Part shown: one piece after another, positions 9,377 to 19,296 of the stretch
Position numbering within the stretch: position 1 is the first letter of the stretch
Layout of the letters: each line of letters opens with the position of its first letter
Virus record (IMG/VR): IMGVR_UViG_3300014695_000002
Location: 1 to 64,000 of that record
Strand: one strand, 5' to 3'
DNA length: 64,000 nucleotides
Source of the DNA: a virus
Taxonomy: Duplodnaviria > Caudoviricetes
Program-made: the position numbers and the translations under genes
Notes under the pieces: model-generated
The model's input: the letters and a program-made list of their open reading frames with translations, nothing else
The model's database searches: none
Told to the model about the DNA's origin: nothing

Positions 9377-9555
9377 TCTGGATTCTCGAAAGTATAGTCG
9401 GTAGGATGATCACACCTGTATTCACCAAAGCTGTTATTAAACTCACACCAACAATCGTCTTCTCCCTCATGTAAAATCTTATAGAACATCTCTGCTTGGT
9501 ATACTGGTATTAGATACCAATGTCCATCATCGTCTCTTGCGAATTTATATCTCAT
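9373..9555 (-). CDS. hypothetical protein
   Basis: ATGA overlap; begins RYKFARDDDGHWYLIP. Confidence 0.65.
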   Translation of the reverse strand: MRYKFARDDDGHWYLIPVYQAEMFYKILHEGEDDCWCEFNNSFGEYRCDHPTDYTFENPE

Positions 9556-9881
9556 TTAAGTGCTCCAGCAACTACTTCAGTCCAATGACCACCGCCGTTG
9601 TAGTGATAGGTGTCAAAATCAATTGAACCGTCTGGATTCTTCTTCACATTAGCAAAGAAGTCTAGATCTCCACCTTCAATTTCAAATTCTACTCTATACC
9701 ACCGACCGTCAACACGAACTACGTTTTCAGCATACCAGCTCGGATCGTCCGAAAACTGTTCTAGGTAATTTTCATAATACTCTTGCAGTAAATATCCCTT
9801 GTCAATCACAGCTTGTTTTGCAACTTCTTCGGTAATTTCAGTAGGGATAAGTTTACCTTTATTTCGTTCCATTTGACTCAT
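9552..9881 (-). CDS. hypothetical protein
   Basis: Overlapping in operon. Confidence 0.65.
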   Translation of the reverse strand: MSQMERNKGKLIPTEITEEVAKQAVIDKGYLLQEYYENYLEQFSDDPSWYAENVVRVDGRWYRVEFEIEGGDLDFFANVKKNPDGSIDFDTYHYNGGGHWTEVVAGALK

Positions 9882-10392
9882 TCTTCAAAACCTCCACAAC
9901 TTGCTGTCGTCTTAGTTTAGCATTTGATTTAGGCTCAATACCTTTATCAATAAGCCACTGCTTAGAATCTCCCTTACAAATCTGTATAGCCTGTTTCTCC
10001 ACCCAAGCCTCTTCAAAACTGATACCCATACGTTCACTATACGATTTGATTTTATGGGCCTCCTTAGTCACAAGCTGCATGTTACCCTTAGATGCACACA
10101 AGTGTTTAATGAAATTTTCAATATCAGACCAATCAGTGAACTTTACATGACCTTCTAAGTGATCTACCTCAAGCTTAGAAATTGCTACTTCCTCTCCTGT
10201 CAAAGCACACTTACCTAATCTCTTTGCCTTACCTTGATAACCTTCTGGTGGCTTGTAAGCTGACTCATTCTTAAACATCAACTTTGGTGGATACTTCTCC
10301 CAGATTCCACGTCTAAGACATCCTCTCAGGAAAACAAAGAAGCTACTCTTGGTGGGCCAAAGCTCAGGGTACTCAATCCATGGTTCAGCCAT
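9859..10392 (-). CDS. HNH-type endonuclease of the replication module
   Basis: KCALTG..LEVDHLEGH..NMQLVTKEAHKIKS; adjacent to exonuclease. Confidence 0.75.
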   Translation of the reverse strand: MAEPWIEYPELWPTKSSFFVFLRGCLRRGIWEKYPPKLMFKNESAYKPPEGYQGKAKRLGKCALTGEEVAISKLEVDHLEGHVKFTDWSDIENFIKHLCASKGNMQLVTKEAHKIKSYSERMGISFEEAWVEKQAIQICKGDSKQWLIDKGIEPKSNAKLRRQQVVEVLKNESNGTK

Positions 10393-11341
10393 TAATGTCT
10401 ACTCCCAATCCTTCCAAATATTCACCAAGACTAAACGTCTCACCCTCTCGCCTACGAAGATACAGGAAGAAGCAGTTGTCTTGCAAGCGTTTTATTCCTT
10501 CATCACCCCAAGATTCTTGATAGGCTTCCAGCACCCTTGTTGCCATATCAGCTTCCGTCTGACAGCCCTCCAGAAGCTTCTCAGCGGCCTTTGGACCAAC
10601 TCCCGTAGTAGATATGCGGTAATGCTGTTTCGTTACGTCAGCGAGCTTCTGGAGCCCTGGAACGTTATCTGCTGCATCACCCATCAAAGTCTGTGTCCAG
10701 AATGCCTTAGCTTGTGACAAAGCATCGTTCCAGAATATACCCTGTTCAAGCTTATTGTAGTTCAGCAGATAACCTCTTGCATTAGCTTTAATATCTTTAT
10801 CACAGTAAGCCACAACAATATTAGCTTGACTCTTATCCTTAGCTTCCAACGCTCGATTATAACTATCCCAAGCCATGTAGGTTACGTAATCATCAGTCTC
10901 TTCACCTTCGACAACATAGCAACGACCTTTGTATTTCTTAACTGTGTATTCAAAGCACTCTTCAAACAAGAGAGGCTTAGGTGGTCGCTGTGCTTTGTAT
11001 TGCACGTACTCAGACTGATAATATTTCCTAAAGTTCCCTTGTCCTTGAATACAAACTTGGTAGTCATCACAACCAGACGATTCAAAGATATTCTCTACTT
11101 TCTGTTTAATTGTTTGGAATGCAAATCGTGGTTCACCTTCAACTGAGCTTTGTGTTTGAAAGCTGAAATCTTCTTTCTTCCACTTCTCTTGATTCTTAAG
11201 CCAATTGTTAAACTCAGTCTTTGATTCATAGAGCTTAGTTCGACTTGAAGCAATGTGAGTAACTAGACAGCGGTTAACTTGCTGCATTGAAGCTGAGGAG
11301 TATAAAAGTGTGTCAGCATCAATCAATAGAATCCTTTTCAA
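10385..11341 (-). CDS. 5'-3' exonuclease (T7 gp6/PolI N-terminal-like)
   Basis: LLIDADTLLY, YKAQR..KP, EETDD, DKD, MGDAADNVPGL, GVGPKAA. Confidence 0.9.
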   Translation of the reverse strand: MKRILLIDADTLLYSSASMQQVNRCLVTHIASSRTKLYESKTEFNNWLKNQEKWKKEDFSFQTQSSVEGEPRFAFQTIKQKVENIFESSGCDDYQVCIQGQGNFRKYYQSEYVQYKAQRPPKPLLFEECFEYTVKKYKGRCYVVEGEETDDYVTYMAWDSYNRALEAKDKSQANIVVAYCDKDIKANARGYLLNYNKLEQGIFWNDALSQAKAFWTQTLMGDAADNVPGLQKLADVTKQHYRISTTGVGPKAAEKLLEGCQTEADMATRVLEAYQESWGDEGIKRLQDNCFFLYLRRREGETFSLGEYLEGLGVDING

Positions 11342-11513
11342 CCATCACCTCCACCATCATCTTAACCTTCTCAGGCAATTTCCCATACTCTACTGTCCCT
11401 AAAAACTGCTTATCGCCAATATTGCTAATCACATTCGCAGTAAGCTTGATTAGATCAATCTGATAGACAATCTTGCAGTCAGGGTAGGATAGTTTAATTT
11501 CTATAGAGTTCAT
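11319..11513 (-). CDS. hypothetical protein
   Basis: AGGTGAG RBS; co-oriented. Confidence 0.55.
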   Translation of the reverse strand: MNSIEIKLSYPDCKIVYQIDLIKLTANVISNIGDKQFLGTVEYGKLPEKVKMMVEVMVEKDSID

Positions 11514-11522
11514 ATCTCACCT

Positions 11523-11548
11523 AAAGAGAAGGGAGCACGAAGCTCCCT
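11523..11548 (-). terminator. intrinsic terminator
   Basis: GGGAGC-TTCGT-GCTCCC then TTCTCTTT. Confidence 0.75.
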
Positions 11549-11555
11549 ATTAATA

Positions 11556-11777
11556 TTAACGACTCTGAGGATAGTTTAGACGAGCATCAGTGAAAGCTTT
11601 GTTTAGCTGCTCTTTGATTTGATCCGCTACAACCTTACCCTCAAGCTTTGCTTTTTCTTCACCAAGAACTTTGAGAGCTTCATTGATTGCTTCAAGTTGT
11701 ACAGCATAATACTTATCTTTGGTAGAAGTAAACAGACTTTCTACATAACACATAACCATATTAGGCTTTAGCATCAC
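11556..11777 (-). CDS. hypothetical protein
   Basis: Co-oriented operon ORF. Confidence 0.65.
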   Translation of the reverse strand: MMLKPNMVMCYVESLFTSTKDKYYAVQLEAINEALKVLGEEKAKLEGKVVADQIKEQLNKAFTDARLNYPQSR

Positions 11778-12028
11778 TCATCCTCTCCAGAGAGTTCGAC
11801 ATACTTCTTAAACACGGCTTCCGCCTGCTCCTTCTTTTCAAAGAAGTCTTTCTTAGCATAAAGTTTTGCAGCCGCAGCAATCAGCTTAATCTCTTCAGCA
11901 CTGATACCAGAAGAATTGTCTTCAGACACTTTGCTGTCAGCCTTTAGCTGGCGAATGTCTTCGGATAGGGCTAGCTTCTGACCTTCTAGGCGGGCTAGGT
12001 TTTGGAAAAGTTCAGTTTGGTTTAGCAT
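11774..12028 (-). CDS. T4 DsbA/GapR (DUF2312)-like dsDNA-binding protein
   Basis: LARLEGQKLALSEDIRQLKAD..GIS..IKLI..LY..KDFFEKKEQAEAVFKKYVEL pattern recalled by eye. Confidence 0.55.
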   Translation of the reverse strand: MLNQTELFQNLARLEGQKLALSEDIRQLKADSKVSEDNSSGISAEEIKLIAAAAKLYAKKDFFEKKEQAEAVFKKYVELSGEDE

Positions 12029-12040
12029 TGTTTATTCTCC

Positions 12041-12223
12041 TTAAGCTACTACAACGTTTTTAAGTTTAAGAGTGAAGCCAGCTTTACGACCATTATTCTT
12101 AAGCGCATTTAAGAATTCCACAACAGTTTCATAATCACCGCCCTCTCCTACATTTACATATTCATAGCACTCCAGTGTTTGTGTATTTGACATATAGTCA
12201 AAGAATGCAATTACGGTTTTCAT
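12041..12223 (-). CDS. hypothetical protein
   Basis: GGAG RBS; co-oriented. Confidence 0.6.
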   Translation of the reverse strand: MKTVIAFFDYMSNTQTLECYEYVNVGEGGDYETVVEFLNALKNNGRKAGFTLKLKNVVVA

Positions 12224-12272
12224 TTCTCTCTCCTTTAATGTTGGCTCATCCTTGAGCCTGTGTCAGTTTAGA

Positions 12273-12971
12273 CTAAAAAGGTAGCTCGGAGTCCAGATCA
12301 TCTTCTGGTTCAACCTGTGGTGCTGGCTTACGTGTTGGGGCTTGTTCTTCCTCAGCAGGTTTAGCTTCAACCTTTTTAACCTTGTAGCTGCCTAGAACTT
12401 CGTCATCAACTTGATCAGATGAAGTTTTACCTTCATAGCTAACGTGTTCGACAACTTGCAGCGTATCTAGAGTCACAACAAGCTGACCATCGCGATTCCG
12501 GTAACCGAACAGCTTAAGCGTACAGATAGAGCCATTACCAACCAAATCAGTAAACGCATTACCTTCAGTGTCAATCACGTTAACAGACATCTTGTTGCCA
12601 GCTTTACTGATCTCAGGCTTAGCTACCGTGAAGCCCCAAAGACCTTTGACAGCATCATAATTCGCCTTACCTTCTTCAACTTGTGAAGATAGAGGATACT
12701 TGATCTTCTTAGGTGGCTTGGTGGTTTTAGTAACACCCACTTGGGCAAACTGCTTATTCAGCATTACTTCATCATCAAGCTTATCTTTAACATCTTCTGG
12801 AACGAATACAGTAGCAGAAAATTCCTTCTCAGTTTGAGACTGATACTTAAGCTTAGGCTCTTGTACAGACGCATAGAACACTGGAACGTTGGTGATGTAT
12901 ACGTTGAAGTTCTCTAGATCACCTTTCTTTGGTAGAGCTTTGACGATAACGTTGGATACTTGCTTAGTCAT
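12273..12971 (-). CDS. single-stranded DNA-binding protein (gp2.5-like)
   Basis: OB-like core (VGNGS.CTL), acidic tail ending DDLDSELPF, position near polymerase. Confidence 0.7.
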   Translation of the reverse strand: MTKQVSNVIVKALPKKGDLENFNVYITNVPVFYASVQEPKLKYQSQTEKEFSATVFVPEDVKDKLDDEVMLNKQFAQVGVTKTTKPPKKIKYPLSSQVEEGKANYDAVKGLWGFTVAKPEISKAGNKMSVNVIDTEGNAFTDLVGNGSICTLKLFGYRNRDGQLVVTLDTLQVVEHVSYEGKTSSDQVDDEVLGSYKVKKVEAKPAEEEQAPTRKPAPQVEPEDDLDSELPF

Positions 12972-12992
12972 ATATTATTTCTCCTGTTTGGT

Positions 12993-13223
12993 TTACTTGA
13001 TTTTGAACTTTTGTTTCAGACCGATATTACTCACAACCATCAGCAACACACTTGCAATGATACTAAATAGCCAAGTGTAAAGCAAGCTTGCGAGTAGATA
13101 AAATTCCCACACTACTAGGCAATATACAGTGTACACGAACAAGAATGGCGACACTGAGATTACCAAGAGTAGTACGAAGATTCCTAGAAAGCCTAGGGCT
13201 GCTGTAATAGCTTGCATAGTCAC
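12993..13223 (-). CDS. membrane protein
   Basis: Two long hydrophobic segments. Confidence 0.65.
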   Translation of the reverse strand: MTMQAITAALGFLGIFVLLLVISVSPFLFVYTVYCLVVWEFYLLASLLYTWLFSIIASVLLMVVSNIGLKQKFKIK

Positions 13224-13381
13224 CGAACCCGTTTTGTCTTAGCCATCTGATGAATATGAAACTTGCCAGTGTATTCTTGTTCAAGCTGGCGTTTCACTTC
13301 TCGGGCAGAGTCGCGTGAGAAAGCTACGTCGACAATGTAGCCGTTGGTTTTGCTTACGATTGCGTATACGAAATTGGTCAT
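13220..13381 (-). CDS. hypothetical protein (53 aa)
   Basis: Hand-translated MTNFVYAIVSKTNGYIVDVAFSRDSARE...; overlaps both neighbours. Confidence 0.55.
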   Translation of the reverse strand: MTNFVYAIVSKTNGYIVDVAFSRDSAREVKRQLEQEYTGKFHIHQMAKTKRVR

Positions 13382-13602
13382 TTGGTTTCTCCTTTAAATT
13401 GGGTTAGTGCATACAGTTGGTGAAACATATCATATGATTTGCTTGTATTTAATTCCCCGCCCTCACCAAGGTTGAACCATAAACCTCTGAGTTCACTTGG
13501 TGAATTATTCAAAGCTGCAATCAAAATATCTAGCTCGTCTTGAGTCTCAAGTGTAATAGTTACTGGTTGGAATTTAATCTCTTGCTGTACAACTTTCATC
13601 AC
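13378..13602 (-). CDS. hypothetical protein
   Basis: Follows promoter, AGGAG RBS; FQPVTITLETQDEL. Confidence 0.7.
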   Translation of the reverse strand: MMKVVQQEIKFQPVTITLETQDELDILIAALNNSPSELRGLWFNLGEGGELNTSKSYDMFHQLYALTQFKGETK

Positions 13603-13633
13603 ACTCTCCTTTCAGATTAATTTGGGTACAACC

Positions 13634-13661
13634 ATTATAGATTATTCTACAGCGATGTCAA
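13634..13661 (-). promoter_or_regulatory. consensus sigma70 promoter
   Basis: TTGACA-N16-TATAAT. Confidence 0.75.
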
Positions 13662-13674
13662 CGGGTTTTTATCA

Positions 13675-15813
13675 TCAATGGATCTCGCTGTAACGTTGGC
13701 CGTATTGAGTTTCACAACCAAGCTTCCTGCGTAGTTTAAACTCTTCGTTCACTTTGTCAATACTGCTACCGATAATTTCTTTAAACTCATCTCTATACTT
13801 CTGTAAGTCCTTGATTACTAAGACATTTTCGTCATGAAACGAGGCAGTAAGGGTCTTACGTCCGTACTTCTCTTGCATAGCATTTAGGATATTGTCAACC
13901 CACATGTCAAAAAAGAAGCTACCTGTACCTTGAGCCAGGGTAGAGAATCGGTCAGACTCTTTACGTAAGGCATAGCAGAATCCATTGATTGGATTTACAA
14001 GCCACTTGTTACCACGATTATCAGTCACCACAACCTGCTCATCTGCGATAGCTTTAACAGCCCAGTTTAGCTTCCAGTATGCTTCGTGCAGTTGCTTACC
14101 TTCAGCTTTTGACACACCTGCCGCAATAGCAATCTTATCAGGACCGGCATTGTACACGGAGGCATAGTTAGTTGTCTTACCTTTCTTACGCGCTGCTTTA
14201 GCATTGGCAGTCTTATTACCTTTCTTGAATTCATCAAACTCTTCCTGAGTAACCATCCCGGCAGTCAGTGCCATCAAAATATGTGGATCAAAGTCATCTT
14301 CCTGCATTGTAGCTACATATTCAGGGTCATGGGGTAGCATGAAGTGGTGCTTTGTACGATCCTCAAGACTACTCAAGTCAGAGCCTACACTTACCTTACC
14401 TTTACCAGCCACAAGAACGCCACGAACAATCTTACCATAAGGCTTATCTACACCTGCAAGGTTTACAATCTCTGCGTGCTGTACTCGAAGGGTATTAGTA
14501 AAGCCTTTAATACGTGCTTGCAACTTACCCTCATACATATCCCGCTTAAAGCCATTTAGAACGCCTAGGCGATGTTTTAGCACACAATACTTAGCATATA
14601 CCTTAATCTCTGGAACCTCTTCAGCTAGCTCCTCTAGCGACGTGCAGAGCTCCTTACCTTCATCACCTTGGATGGTGATTTGGGGAATAGCCCTGTCCTC
14701 GGGTTTGGAGTTCTTCCATGCCGTCCAAGCTTCACGCCTTGCACCTTCTCTTGGCTTCCGGGCAACCCATGCGCTGAAAGCTTCCTCATCCCGTTCATAC
14801 TTGAAGCTTTCGGGCTTCCACCCTTTTGAATACAGAAACGCTTTAATCTGATCTGGGCTATTACCGTTTGGTGGTTCGTATCCTGTCAAGACCTTAACAG
14901 AACCCTCTTTGGTTGAAGGTTTAACCATTGGATTGCCAAACTCATCAACAGCTTTAGATTGAATTAACTTCTTAACTTCCTCCCAAGCTTCACCTGATGC
15001 TGACAGTTCTCCATTCTTTTTGTAAGGCTTAACTGGCTGCTTTCTATCTGCATACTTTGGCACTTGTGGCATGACAGATTCTAGTTCTGCCTTTGCCTTT
15101 TCACCTTCAGCAGTCAGTTGCTTAATTGAAGATTCCAGCAGTTCGGTATCAACATCCCAGCCAGTCTGTTCCTGTAAGCGGGCACAATCCATTTTGAACA
15201 TTAGGAAAGTCAAGATACGATCTACAGCTTTTTCAATAGGTTGTCCAACAAACTGATCAATGTAAATCTTCTCCTTGGCAAACATCCTTTTGCCACCGAC
15301 ATTACCACTGTCAATTTGTTCTTGTGCCAAGGTATAAAGCTCAACAAGCCTTTCTTTCAAGTCTTCCCAAAGAGCTACGTTAATCTTAACGTCCTCGGAG
15401 CATCGATGGGCATACTCTTCATAGGTTAGGTTTTCCCAGTCCTCAACCGGAGGCTTCTCAATACCGTAATCTTCGTGGAACGTACCCAAGCCATGTTTTT
15501 GACGGTTAAAGTTTAGATACCAGCTAATAGCCAAACTGTCAATAATCATAAGCTTAGACAAGTTCATACCCAGAAGCTTCTCAAGCAAGACCACGTCGAA
15601 AGAGATTCCATTATGGATTACAAGGGGAATCTCATTATCTAGGTGATAGTTCAAGAAAGCTTTGATACGGTCATGGTCAGAACCTTCAATGGTTACGTCT
15701 TTTCCGTTGACCATATGACAGCAGACCACATGAATCTTTGTAGCCTCTCGGAGCAGCCCGTCCGATTCTAAATCGGCTACAGTAGCTTTTTGCCAGTTGT
15801 ATATCGCTTTCAT
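13675..15813 (-). CDS. family A DNA polymerase with 3'-5' exonuclease
   Basis: DLESDG (ExoI), HNGISFD, motif A DLSSLEDR, motif B KTTNYASVY, motif C FHDE. Confidence 0.95.
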   Translation of the reverse strand: MKAIYNWQKATVADLESDGLLREATKIHVVCCHMVNGKDVTIEGSDHDRIKAFLNYHLDNEIPLVIHNGISFDVVLLEKLLGMNLSKLMIIDSLAISWYLNFNRQKHGLGTFHEDYGIEKPPVEDWENLTYEEYAHRCSEDVKINVALWEDLKERLVELYTLAQEQIDSGNVGGKRMFAKEKIYIDQFVGQPIEKAVDRILTFLMFKMDCARLQEQTGWDVDTELLESSIKQLTAEGEKAKAELESVMPQVPKYADRKQPVKPYKKNGELSASGEAWEEVKKLIQSKAVDEFGNPMVKPSTKEGSVKVLTGYEPPNGNSPDQIKAFLYSKGWKPESFKYERDEEAFSAWVARKPREGARREAWTAWKNSKPEDRAIPQITIQGDEGKELCTSLEELAEEVPEIKVYAKYCVLKHRLGVLNGFKRDMYEGKLQARIKGFTNTLRVQHAEIVNLAGVDKPYGKIVRGVLVAGKGKVSVGSDLSSLEDRTKHHFMLPHDPEYVATMQEDDFDPHILMALTAGMVTQEEFDEFKKGNKTANAKAARKKGKTTNYASVYNAGPDKIAIAAGVSKAEGKQLHEAYWKLNWAVKAIADEQVVVTDNRGNKWLVNPINGFCYALRKESDRFSTLAQGTGSFFFDMWVDNILNAMQEKYGRKTLTASFHDENVLVIKDLQKYRDEFKEIIGSSIDKVNEEFKLRRKLGCETQYGQRYSEIH

Positions 15814-15826
15814 TTAATCTCCTATT

Positions 15827-16732
15827 TCATGATCCATGCCTCGCGCTGTAACCAGCCCCGGCTAGGTTTAGCAATTCAATCTGGCTGAGACGATACTCCT
15901 CTGCCAAGAATTCTGCAAGCTCTTTTCCGTACTTATTAACTGAAAAGCACTTAGTCTTAGGGTTGCCTTCTAAATCTCTCCACGCAGCTACATACCGATC
16001 AACATAATTTCCAGCCTTTGTCTTTACTGTTTGAAAACAAACCCCATGAATACCTGAAGTATTACTCTTCATCATCGGTTTATTACGGGCATTGAGTGTG
16101 TGCTCAACAAGCCTCAGATTTTCAATACAGTTGTTAGAAGGGTTGCCATCAATGTGGTCGATATGCAGGCCATCTTGATTCTGAAAATTATTATTTAGAG
16201 CCCAAACAATTTTGTGCGCTTTATAATGTCCGCCAAGTGCATGAACTCGCCAATAACCTTTGTCATTAGAACCTACAACATCCCCAATTTTTACCGTGCT
16301 GGATTTATTGTAAACCCTTTTCCATCTCAAACCACTTGGCGATGCCTCATCATAATAAAAGAACTCTGCTAAATATGATCCGTATTTGTATTCACTCCTA
16401 TCAATTTCAAAGTTGAGTTCAAGGTTTTCAATTTTCACATTTAGGACATTACCATCTTTGTGCATAATACTCCTCCCCTCTGGGACAGGTCCATTATGCA
16501 TTTCCCATACAACTTTATAAGCTGCATAGGGCCACTTATTGTAGGTTATGACTGGATAACCCTCTTTGTTAACATTTCCTGCCCAACCATTGTTTACACG
16601 TCTAACAGGTTTACCTCCACGCCCGATTCGATATGGATCAATCCAAGATAGACAAGTTGGGCTATCTTCATCATATTTAAAAACTTCAGACCAATTCAAA
16701 TTCAAAACTCCTGTGGGTTTTCTTGTGCCCAT
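15827..16732 (-). CDS. HNH homing endonuclease with tandem duplicated HNH domain
   Basis: Two repeats F.YDE.SP..L.W...GY...Y.A.K.VW...H.DGN..N..IENL, then SNTSGIHGV. Confidence 0.85.
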   Translation of the reverse strand: MGTRKPTGVLNLNWSEVFKYDEDSPTCLSWIDPYRIGRGGKPVRRVNNGWAGNVNKEGYPVITYNKWPYAAYKVVWEMHNGPVPEGRSIMHKDGNVLNVKIENLELNFEIDRSEYKYGSYLAEFFYYDEASPSGLRWKRVYNKSSTVKIGDVVGSNDKGYWRVHALGGHYKAHKIVWALNNNFQNQDGLHIDHIDGNPSNNCIENLRLVEHTLNARNKPMMKSNTSGIHGVCFQTVKTKAGNYVDRYVAAWRDLEGNPKTKCFSVNKYGKELAEFLAEEYRLSQIELLNLAGAGYSARHGS

Positions 16733-18450
16733 TCGTCGTAATCATACAGATTAGATGTTTGGATGTCAAAATACATACTACCTGCTGGACCCGTCTCACT
16801 AAAGTCCCGATTCTTCAGGATGTTAATATAGGTCCGATTACGTTCAATCGGGGACTCGCTTTGCTTGTCGCGTTCTAAGGAAAGCGTCTGTCCCGCAGCT
16901 TTTACTAGAAAGCTACTGCCTTGTGCGTCGTCCTCCGTCAGAGGGCCTGCGTTAGCGCCAGTTGAAGACTTACGGACATGAGAGACAATGATAGGGGTAA
17001 TGTCGTACTCCTTCATAATCTTCTTAAACCAAGTCGCAACTTCCTCTTGTTCACTAACAGACATACCAGAAAGCAAGTCTGAGTAAGGGTCAACTACTAG
17101 AATAGTCACTCCCATAGAAATAATCATCTCCAAGACCTTCTCTTTGATCTGATCCCAGTTCGCCCCACGGTCATCACACACATACAGAGTAGGAGTGCCA
17201 TCCTCCTTTTCGTAAAGCTTGTCAATCTTAGCCTTGATGTCAGCCCGCTCTAGATACTCCCTACGCTCTTCTTTGGACATACGATGCAAAGGTTTTTGCA
17301 GGTGGTATGAAAGAAGGTTCAAGGAAAATTTTCCTGCATCAGCTTCTAGTGAAAGTACGCCTGTCACCTCTTGCGGCTCATTGATAGCTAGATGTTGAGT
17401 CAGGCCAGACATTAGAGTCGTCTTCCCGATAGAAGTTTTTGCGAGGATAAGGCAAATCTCCTTCTTTACAATGCCGTTACCTAGCATAGCACCAGCTTTT
17501 TTCATAAAAGGTGGCAAGCTGATCATCTTCAAATCTAGGCGATCAAGTGCAGCCCTGTAGAGACCTGTTGAGGCGTGAACCCCGGCTGGTGTGTACGGCT
17601 GGCTTGCCCAGAAGTCATTAATAAAATCTTGCTCTTTGCCCTCAATAAGCGCCGCGTTAGCGTCTTTGTGGCGTTGCTTCATGATGTAGACTTTACCGCG
17701 TGGGAGTACCTTAGCAATCTTTTCTGCTGCTGCCTGTCCTGCCTCGTCGGAGTCCATAGCAATGATGCACTTCTTAAACTGACTGAAAAATGCATACTGC
17801 TTTTGAATCTGCTTATACCCCCCGGTCTCTCCAATAGTAGGACTAACAACTGCAATTGGATCGTACTGCTTATTTTTCTGGGCATCAGATAGCATCTGAA
17901 ATGCTGCTAGGCAATCGTGTTCACCACCGACAATTAGTACAGTGCCGGAATTAGTCTTAAACCGAAATTGACCGAATAGCTCACAGTCTTTACCAGTCTC
18001 TCCGATTGCTTCAAATTTCTTTGGCTCACCTCGGACTTTATAGCCACTAATCTCATAGCCTTGGGTAGTAGGGTAATAGGTAGATACTACATTACCAGTC
18101 TCTTCACTGTATCCATAGCGGACTCCAAATGGCTTGCTAATGTCTGTACGAACACTACGATAACCCCGACTATCTACGCCAGTCTGTTTCTTAATCTTTT
18201 CGTTAACTTCTAGATCAAAATAACTACCCACCAGTTCAATCTCCTCTTCTTTAATTTCGCCATTTTCTTCCAACCACTCATCACTCGGAATCGTGAATTC
18301 ACAACTCCAGCAGAAGGCGCCCTTGCCTGCACCATAGACGTGCAGGTTGTTCCTAGAATGATCACGTCCGTTATGAATACAACGTGGGCAACCTGTCTTG
18401 TGCTCGTGTGATAGGTCGATAGTAATACCGTATCGCTCTACCGAACTCAT
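16702..18450 (-). CDS. T7 gp4-like primase-helicase
   Basis: N-terminal zinc finger CPRC..CWSC, TOPRIM GGEHD..MDSDEAG, Walker A KTSIGKT, VVDPY, HVRK. Confidence 0.93.
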   Translation of the reverse strand: MSSVERYGITIDLSHEHKTGCPRCIHNGRDHSRNNLHVYGAGKGAFCWSCEFTIPSDEWLEENGEIKEEEIELVGSYFDLEVNEKIKKQTGVDSRGYRSVRTDISKPFGVRYGYSEETGNVVSTYYPTTQGYEISGYKVRGEPKKFEAIGETGKDCELFGQFRFKTNSGTVLIVGGEHDCLAAFQMLSDAQKNKQYDPIAVVSPTIGETGGYKQIQKQYAFFSQFKKCIIAMDSDEAGQAAAEKIAKVLPRGKVYIMKQRHKDANAALIEGKEQDFINDFWASQPYTPAGVHASTGLYRAALDRLDLKMISLPPFMKKAGAMLGNGIVKKEICLILAKTSIGKTTLMSGLTQHLAINEPQEVTGVLSLEADAGKFSLNLLSYHLQKPLHRMSKEERREYLERADIKAKIDKLYEKEDGTPTLYVCDDRGANWDQIKEKVLEMIISMGVTILVVDPYSDLLSGMSVSEQEEVATWFKKIMKEYDITPIIVSHVRKSSTGANAGPLTEDDAQGSSFLVKAAGQTLSLERDKQSESPIERNRTYINILKNRDFSETGPAGSMYFDIQTSNLYDYDEWAQENPQEF

Positions 18451-18562
18451 TTACTAACCCTATCAATCAACGCCAAATCCAGCAACACAGGCAGGACCAT
18501 AAGCCATCCGCTCCAAGTTGTTCCCACATAATAATTCAGCAAAATATAACTCGCGATGGTGG

Positions 18563-18721
18563 TCATTTTTTACTTACTCGCAGAGCTTCCTGCTGTTCCA
18601 TGCGCTCAAGCTGTTTGGTTAGCTCAATAACAAGCTTCTCAAGCATTTCTTCACGAGAGTTAATTATACCTGCTTCATAGGCGTGTACGTAAGCAGCTAC
18701 AATAGCATTTTTCATATTCAT
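18563..18721 (-). CDS. hypothetical protein (52 aa)
   Basis: Hand-translated MNMKNAIVAAYVHAYEAG...; GGAG RBS. Confidence 0.5.
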   Translation of the reverse strand: MNMKNAIVAAYVHAYEAGIINSREEMLEKLVIELTKQLERMEQQEALRVSKK

Positions 18722-18915
18722 CACTTGCTCTCCTTCACTTTAGCCGTAAGTTCGCATACTTGACTGCGAGGTAAGTCTTTTTGACATTGCTGGATTGCTA
18801 CCTGTGCTTTATCTATTAGCTCCCTGTTAGCTGCTGTAGGCATGCCCATTAGAAAACCCATAGCCAGCCAGAACGCGGTAAAGATAAACTCAAATCCCAA
18901 ACTCTTAATAGTCAT
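18721..18915 (-). CDS. small membrane protein
   Basis: N-terminal TM segment, two Cys. Confidence 0.6.
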   Translation of the reverse strand: MTIKSLGFEFIFTAFWLAMGFLMGMPTAANRELIDKAQVAIQQCQKDLPRSQVCELTAKVKESK

Positions 18916-19106
18916 TTCACCACCCTCAAATGACTTCTCTTCAACTCTCTTTGCTTCCTCTCAATCAAAGCTTCAGCCGCTTTAAGCTTTCGCTGTTGAA
19001 TGTAGACAGGAAGATTCTCCGCAAACTCATTCAAGAAGCTAATAGGCATATCTTCTAGTGCATTGTAAAATAGCTGACATTGTGCATCAAATTGACTTAC
19101 CATCAC
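18912..19106 (-). CDS. hypothetical protein
   Basis: Overlapping operon ORF. Confidence 0.6.
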   Translation of the reverse strand: MMVSQFDAQCQLFYNALEDMPISFLNEFAENLPVYIQQRKLKAAEALIERKQRELKRSHLRVVK

Positions 19107-19296
19107 TCATCTCCCCCAATAATCTCTCGGCATTCAACACAGCTTGCCTAATCAGGATCAACCTAGGACTATCTATCCTAAACCACTCCACGTCAAGCTG
19201 TAGTTCCTCGTAAAAATCTATCATCACCAGAATAGATTTGCAAGCATCGTATAGCTCTTGGTGGGACTGCTCAATGGTCATAATCCTCCCAACCAA
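19087..19296 (-). CDS. hypothetical protein
   Basis: Overlapping operon ORF. Confidence 0.6.
   Translation of the reverse strand: MVGRIMTIEQSHQELYDACKSILVMIDFYEELQLDVEWFRIDSPRLILIRQAVLNAERLLGEMSDGKSI

Noticed and set aside
2120-18450. Introns or inteins in nrdA, nrdB, polymerase or helicase (also checked in terL)
   Set aside because: The ORFs are continuous and of normal length, with no intein motifs
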